Below are positions 60,182 to 64,000 of a DNA stretch of 64,000 nt, piece after piece (within the stretch, counting starts at the first letter, position 1; every line of letters starts with the position of its first letter). This DNA is from Azolla caroliniana. Lineage: Eukaryota > Plantae > Polypodiophyta. Position numbers and translations under genes: made by a program. Under the pieces are notes generated by a model, which had not been told where the DNA came from, did not search any database, and worked only from the letters and a program-made list of their open reading frames with translations. The stretch spans positions 15,128,001-15,192,000 of the forward strand of contig JBHGNT010000006.1 in the NCBI GenBank assembly GCA_043228905.1. Direction: 5' to 3'.

Positions 60182-60423
60182 GAGGCATATACCTCTACGC
60201 ACACGAAACATCCGAAAATAAGGTTAAGCGTAATTCGCAATTGAGGTATTGACCTCTTACGCATAGTAAATCCAACGCATATCATTTCGAACGAATCGAG
60301 GTATTGACCTCGTACGCGAACGTAACATATGTTCGTGAACGTAATACGCAATTGAGGTAGTAACCTCGTACGCATACGACACTCATCACATATGATTTAT
60401 ATGTCAAACGAGGTATTGACCTC
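60182..60423. repeat. Periodic palindromic motif GAGGT-N4-ACCTC (4 copies plus 1 variant) in the leader of Gypsy H
   Basis: Copies at 60182 (variant), 60243, 60298, 60354 and 60410. Confidence 0.85.
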
Positions 60424-63400
60424 GTGGACATATGTAAACGTTTAAGATAACCAATTAAATACCACGTCAACATCATTGAATATATGAAAAAAAAACTACA
60501 TATTAAGTATACACATGTATAGAAGGGAGAAGAAAAATTAGATAAAAAATTAAGGAAAATTTACTGAAGTTCTTTCGCTAATCCTTGTCTGCATGAAGGC
60601 GACCGCACAACGATCAATCGCCATCCCACGCGAAGACAAAAAGAAAACCAAAAGAAACGTTAGTACATAGGCTCTGATACCAAATATTAGAGATTAGGTA
60701 CTAAAGTAAGCATAAAATAAGGATATATCAATGATAGATCTAGAAAGAATAGAGAGAAAAGAGAGAAAGAAGGGTGCCGATCCACCCGACCACCCCCGAG
60801 CGAAGGGATCGAGACGGACTCGAGCCTCGATCGGCGTCCCATACCACCGCCTTGGCGTCGAGTCGTACCTGGATGATAGCGCGCTTGCTACAAGAGTCGT
60901 TCCACTCACGGACAGAGTCTCGACGTAGTCAATGCATGATGAAATGAGGGTAGCTAGGCCTCTTATTTATAGTAATTCTCAAGGCCCCCAGCCATGTTCA
61001 CACTTGGCCTCATGGGTTGTCTCAATCCCGAGGATTAAAAGTAATCCTCCCCTTCTTTAGACTCTTTGTTTAACCCTCACACTTATCCACGTGTATAGAA
61101 TACTACGACAATTCTCACCACGGGATATTATATGGTCATGCCCGTAACAGAAATAGTCGAAGACTTCGCTCTTACTCTCAATGAGGTAGATCCACGTGTG
61201 CCGCATGTAGTCGTCGGTGAAGGAGACGAAATATCGGCTCCCGCCAATAGTAACGTTTTGTGCTGGCCCCCACACATCAGAGTGTATCAAGTCGAGCTTG
61301 TTCCGGCTCCGGTTATGCTCATTGGGGAAGGGAAGTCGGTGTTGCTTCCCAAGCTAGCAGGCTTCACAAATTTGTGCCTTCCGGTCACTAAATTTGGGCA
61401 ATCCGAACACCACTTGTTTTGATTGCAGGTCCCAAAGCCGCTGGTAGTTGACGTGGCCTATCCGCTTGTGCCATAAGTCGATGTCCGACTCGACTTTTTG
61501 TCCCTTCGCGAACATTGTGGTGCCACCGTCAGTAGAGTCGAGGATGGACATCCTCCCATCTCTGCGCCCTTGCGCAATAACACGGCCTTCTTCCTCAATG
61601 AAGCACCCAAGGTGTGTAAACCGAACCTGCATCCCTTGGTCAACGATTTGCCCGACCGACACCAGATTCTTCGTGATTGTCCGAACGTGTAGCACGTTCA
61701 TGAGTTTCCCTTTCTGCCCGACATGGCTCAGGGGAACTTCTTCGACATTCGCAATCGGATGCGGAGTGTCGTCTCTGGTTGCGACTACTCCTGGTTGCTT
61801 CGGTTTCTCAAGGTATGAGAACCACTCCTCGTGGCACGTCATGTGGTTTGACACGCCGGAGTCGATGTACCACACCTCCTCCGACTTCGGGGTGATCTTC
61901 TTCATTGAGTTTGCTTCGTGTCTCGTCACAAACACTGACCATTTTCCGTCTTCTCCGGATCCTTCGGCGTACTGCGATCATTGCCGATTTCCTTTGTCGG
62001 TCTGTCCGGAACCTGGTCCGGACCTGATTCTCTCCGAATCGGCGCGCTTTTTCCAGCACTCGCTCTCCCTATGGCCTTTCTTGCCACAATACCAGCATTC
62101 CGCGGCGGATTTCCCTTGCCGGTTCTTGTCACCTCGACTCCCCCTGTTTCCGGAGGGTCCGGAATTGCTATCAGCATCACTTCGGTGCCTTCTTCCTTGA
62201 TCCCGTCGGCCGCCTCCATTGCGTACGACTCGCCACGTCCTCCATGTCCACGAGGCCTATCTCCCTTCATGTACAGCATCTTGTTGTCAGTGTGCGTGAT
62301 CGTTGACACACCCGCGTGGTTCTCCTCTACTAGGAGCATCGACTGTAAGTCAAAAAAGGACGGTGTATTCTCCCGGGTACACACAGCAGTTCGGAACGCC
62401 CCGAACTTTGACGCCAAACCCCCGAGACAGACCTGGACCATCTCACTTTCTTCGATGTTCACATCAATGGAAGCTAAGGAGTCGCATATGTCCTTGATCT
62501 TCGAGGTATAGTCAGCCACCGACAAATCGCGTTGTCATAGGTTGCTTAACTCCTGTCGGAGCTGAAGCTTCTTGGCTATGGTGCTCGCGGCAAAGATCTT
62601 GTTTAGATTTTCCCACGCACCCTTCGGCGTTTTTGCATCCCGAACGTAGCTTAATAGTTGTTCGCCCACACAAGACGTGAAACAGTACATCACTCTGCTC
62701 ACCGATTGTTCCCATGCCGGGAAGTCTTTGTGTGTCGAATCGGGTGTTGTGTCATTTGCTCCATCGACATAGCTCCAGTAACCGTGTCCGAGCAGGTACT
62801 AGTGCATCTTATAGGACTAAGATGCGTAGTTGTTTCTGTCGAGCTTCTCTGTTGGAAGCGAGCTAGCCATTCCTCTATCCATCGGTTTTGCCTGTTCTTC
62901 TTGGTTAGTTTTTCTTTCAAGCTATGTCGGCTGCAGAGGTTCTCAACCCTCACGCTCTGATACCATGTGAAAGATAATGTGCAGAAGCAATAGAAAAACG
63001 AACACAGAGAAAATGCGCAAGTTTAAGGGAAAGCTTAGGTTTGCACAATACGCACGGGAGAGAGAGAGAGAGAGTAAAACACTAGAACTTGATTCAAAAA
63101 TAATACTCAATTTGTACATAGGATGTGCTCAGTGAGCACTTTTATACAAGCCCTGACAATCGGGCTGACACAAGTACTGACAGTACTTGACTGCTCATAA
63201 ATGAGCCTCGACACTTACTCCCAAAACTATTCCTTACGAGGAATATCTTTCTAACGGCCTTTCAGTCTACGCACCGATACGGCCTCTCGTTATGCACCGG
63301 TTTGCGTACCGATTTACGCATCCATTTTACGCACCGGTCTGGCCTAACCGATCGGTCCTAACCGATCCGGTCCTCGGCTTGCTCAACCGATCTGGCCGAT

Positions 63401-63499
63401 GTTGAGCTTGTCTCTCAACACATCTTCTCCTCTTCTTTGTAACAATAGTTTCCTTTTTATTCTTGTTAATATAGTTTTCTAGTTTTTTGTATATTTGTG

Positions 63500-63571
63500 C
63501 TCTCTCTCTCTCTCATACACACACACATACATACTCTTTCCGCTGCACAGAATCACATTTGATATATATAT

Positions 63572-63606
<35 letters not shown>

Positions 63607-63631
63607 TAGATATAGATATAGATATAGATAT
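63500..63631. repeat. Compound microsatellite (CT)n-(CA)n, then (TA)n-(GATA)n-(GATATA)n
   Basis: Directly visible. Confidence 0.9.
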
Positions 63632-64000
63632 TTATATTGATACATGCCTAAATGAAGAGAGAACTTGTTGTGTGTTGGCCGGAGTATGGCAGCCTGTTAA
63701 TTTCTTAGTTTTCTTATTGCTACGAGGACCCACAATACTCCATCTATTTGAATGTTGGTGCCAAACTTAAGATGATAAGGAAAACGGTGACATTAAAGGC
63801 AATGGCATAAGTGCACAAAACCCTATGTTACACTATATGTGTGCCCAAATTCAAAAATTTGGGTATTCTCATTTTCCCTCACAACTAGATTGGGTCGCCA
63901 TATTGTAGCTGCTCAAACCACTCAAGAGCCAGCTGCTGCAAAGGTATGGCACACATATCATGTTCCTCACACAATTATCACCAAGTTTTGGTAGAAAATC

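Larger units (their letters stand above)
54101..61149 (-). mobile_element. Gypsy H: very young chromovirus; 465-bp LTRs at 54101-54565 and 60685-61149; TSD GAAAT
   Basis: No difference seen between the LTRs; PBS TGGTATCAGAGCC at 60670-60682; PPT AAAGAGGGGGAGTA at 54566-54579; GAAAT on both flanks. Confidence 0.97.
48990..63420 (-). mobile_element. Copia G: full-length degenerate Ty1/Copia; LTRs 48990-49474 and 62966-63420; TSD CATCT; hosts the organellar insert and Gypsy H
   Basis: PBS at 62954-62965; PPT at 49475-49487; gag about 61926-62870; WYIDSG; HSDVWGP; DGGKEY; LYVDDL; STEAEY; CATCT on both flanks. Confidence 0.94.
46685..63444 (-). mobile_element. Copia F: 5' half (LTR 48526-48989 plus 63426-63444, PBS 48510-48520, gag-PR-IN start); same family as Copia D; LTR split by Copia G
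   Basis: TGGTATCAGAG PBS; gag 47347-48039 (ATSHINTFSRV); WLLDSDA; LWHGRLSH. Confidence 0.8.

Noticed and set aside
60182-60423. CRISPR-like repeat-spacer periodicity
   Set aside because: Repeats are only 14 nt, spacers are partly related to each other, there are no cas genes, and it lies in a eukaryotic retrotransposon leader.

Overview
Eukaryotic land-plant nuclear DNA, probably a fern or another seed-free plant (inferred from organellar fragments with apparent unedited C-to-U and U-to-C sites, and from the retroelement lineages). It is a gene-free stack of at least 12 nested LTR retrotransposons: two Athila/Tat-like non-chromovirus Ty3/Gypsy elements with an extra 3' ORF, two self-priming Tcn1/Tf1-type chromoviruses, one very young Met-primed chromovirus with a single open ORF and identical TG...TA LTRs, Trp-primed Gypsy remnants, and several Ty1/Copia elements, one with a full-length ORF. 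TSDs were read directly for six insertions. A 1.5-kb mitochondrial plus plastid mosaic (nad2 last exon; rpoC1 intron end and exon 2) sits inside a Copia RT. The most striking signals are: (1) a complete Gypsy element (21907-37512) with no polypurine tract and an inward-facing tRNA-Arg primer-binding site next to both LTRs, suggesting tRNA priming of both DNA strands; (2) tRNA-like Pol III A/B boxes in antisense at the start of LTR U3 regions; (3) a periodic hairpin array in a 1.6-kb chromovirus leader; (4) strong CCGG enrichment; and (5) several DNA-repair scars. All calls were made by eye; family and tRNA assignments rely on remembered consensus sequences and were not checked by search.
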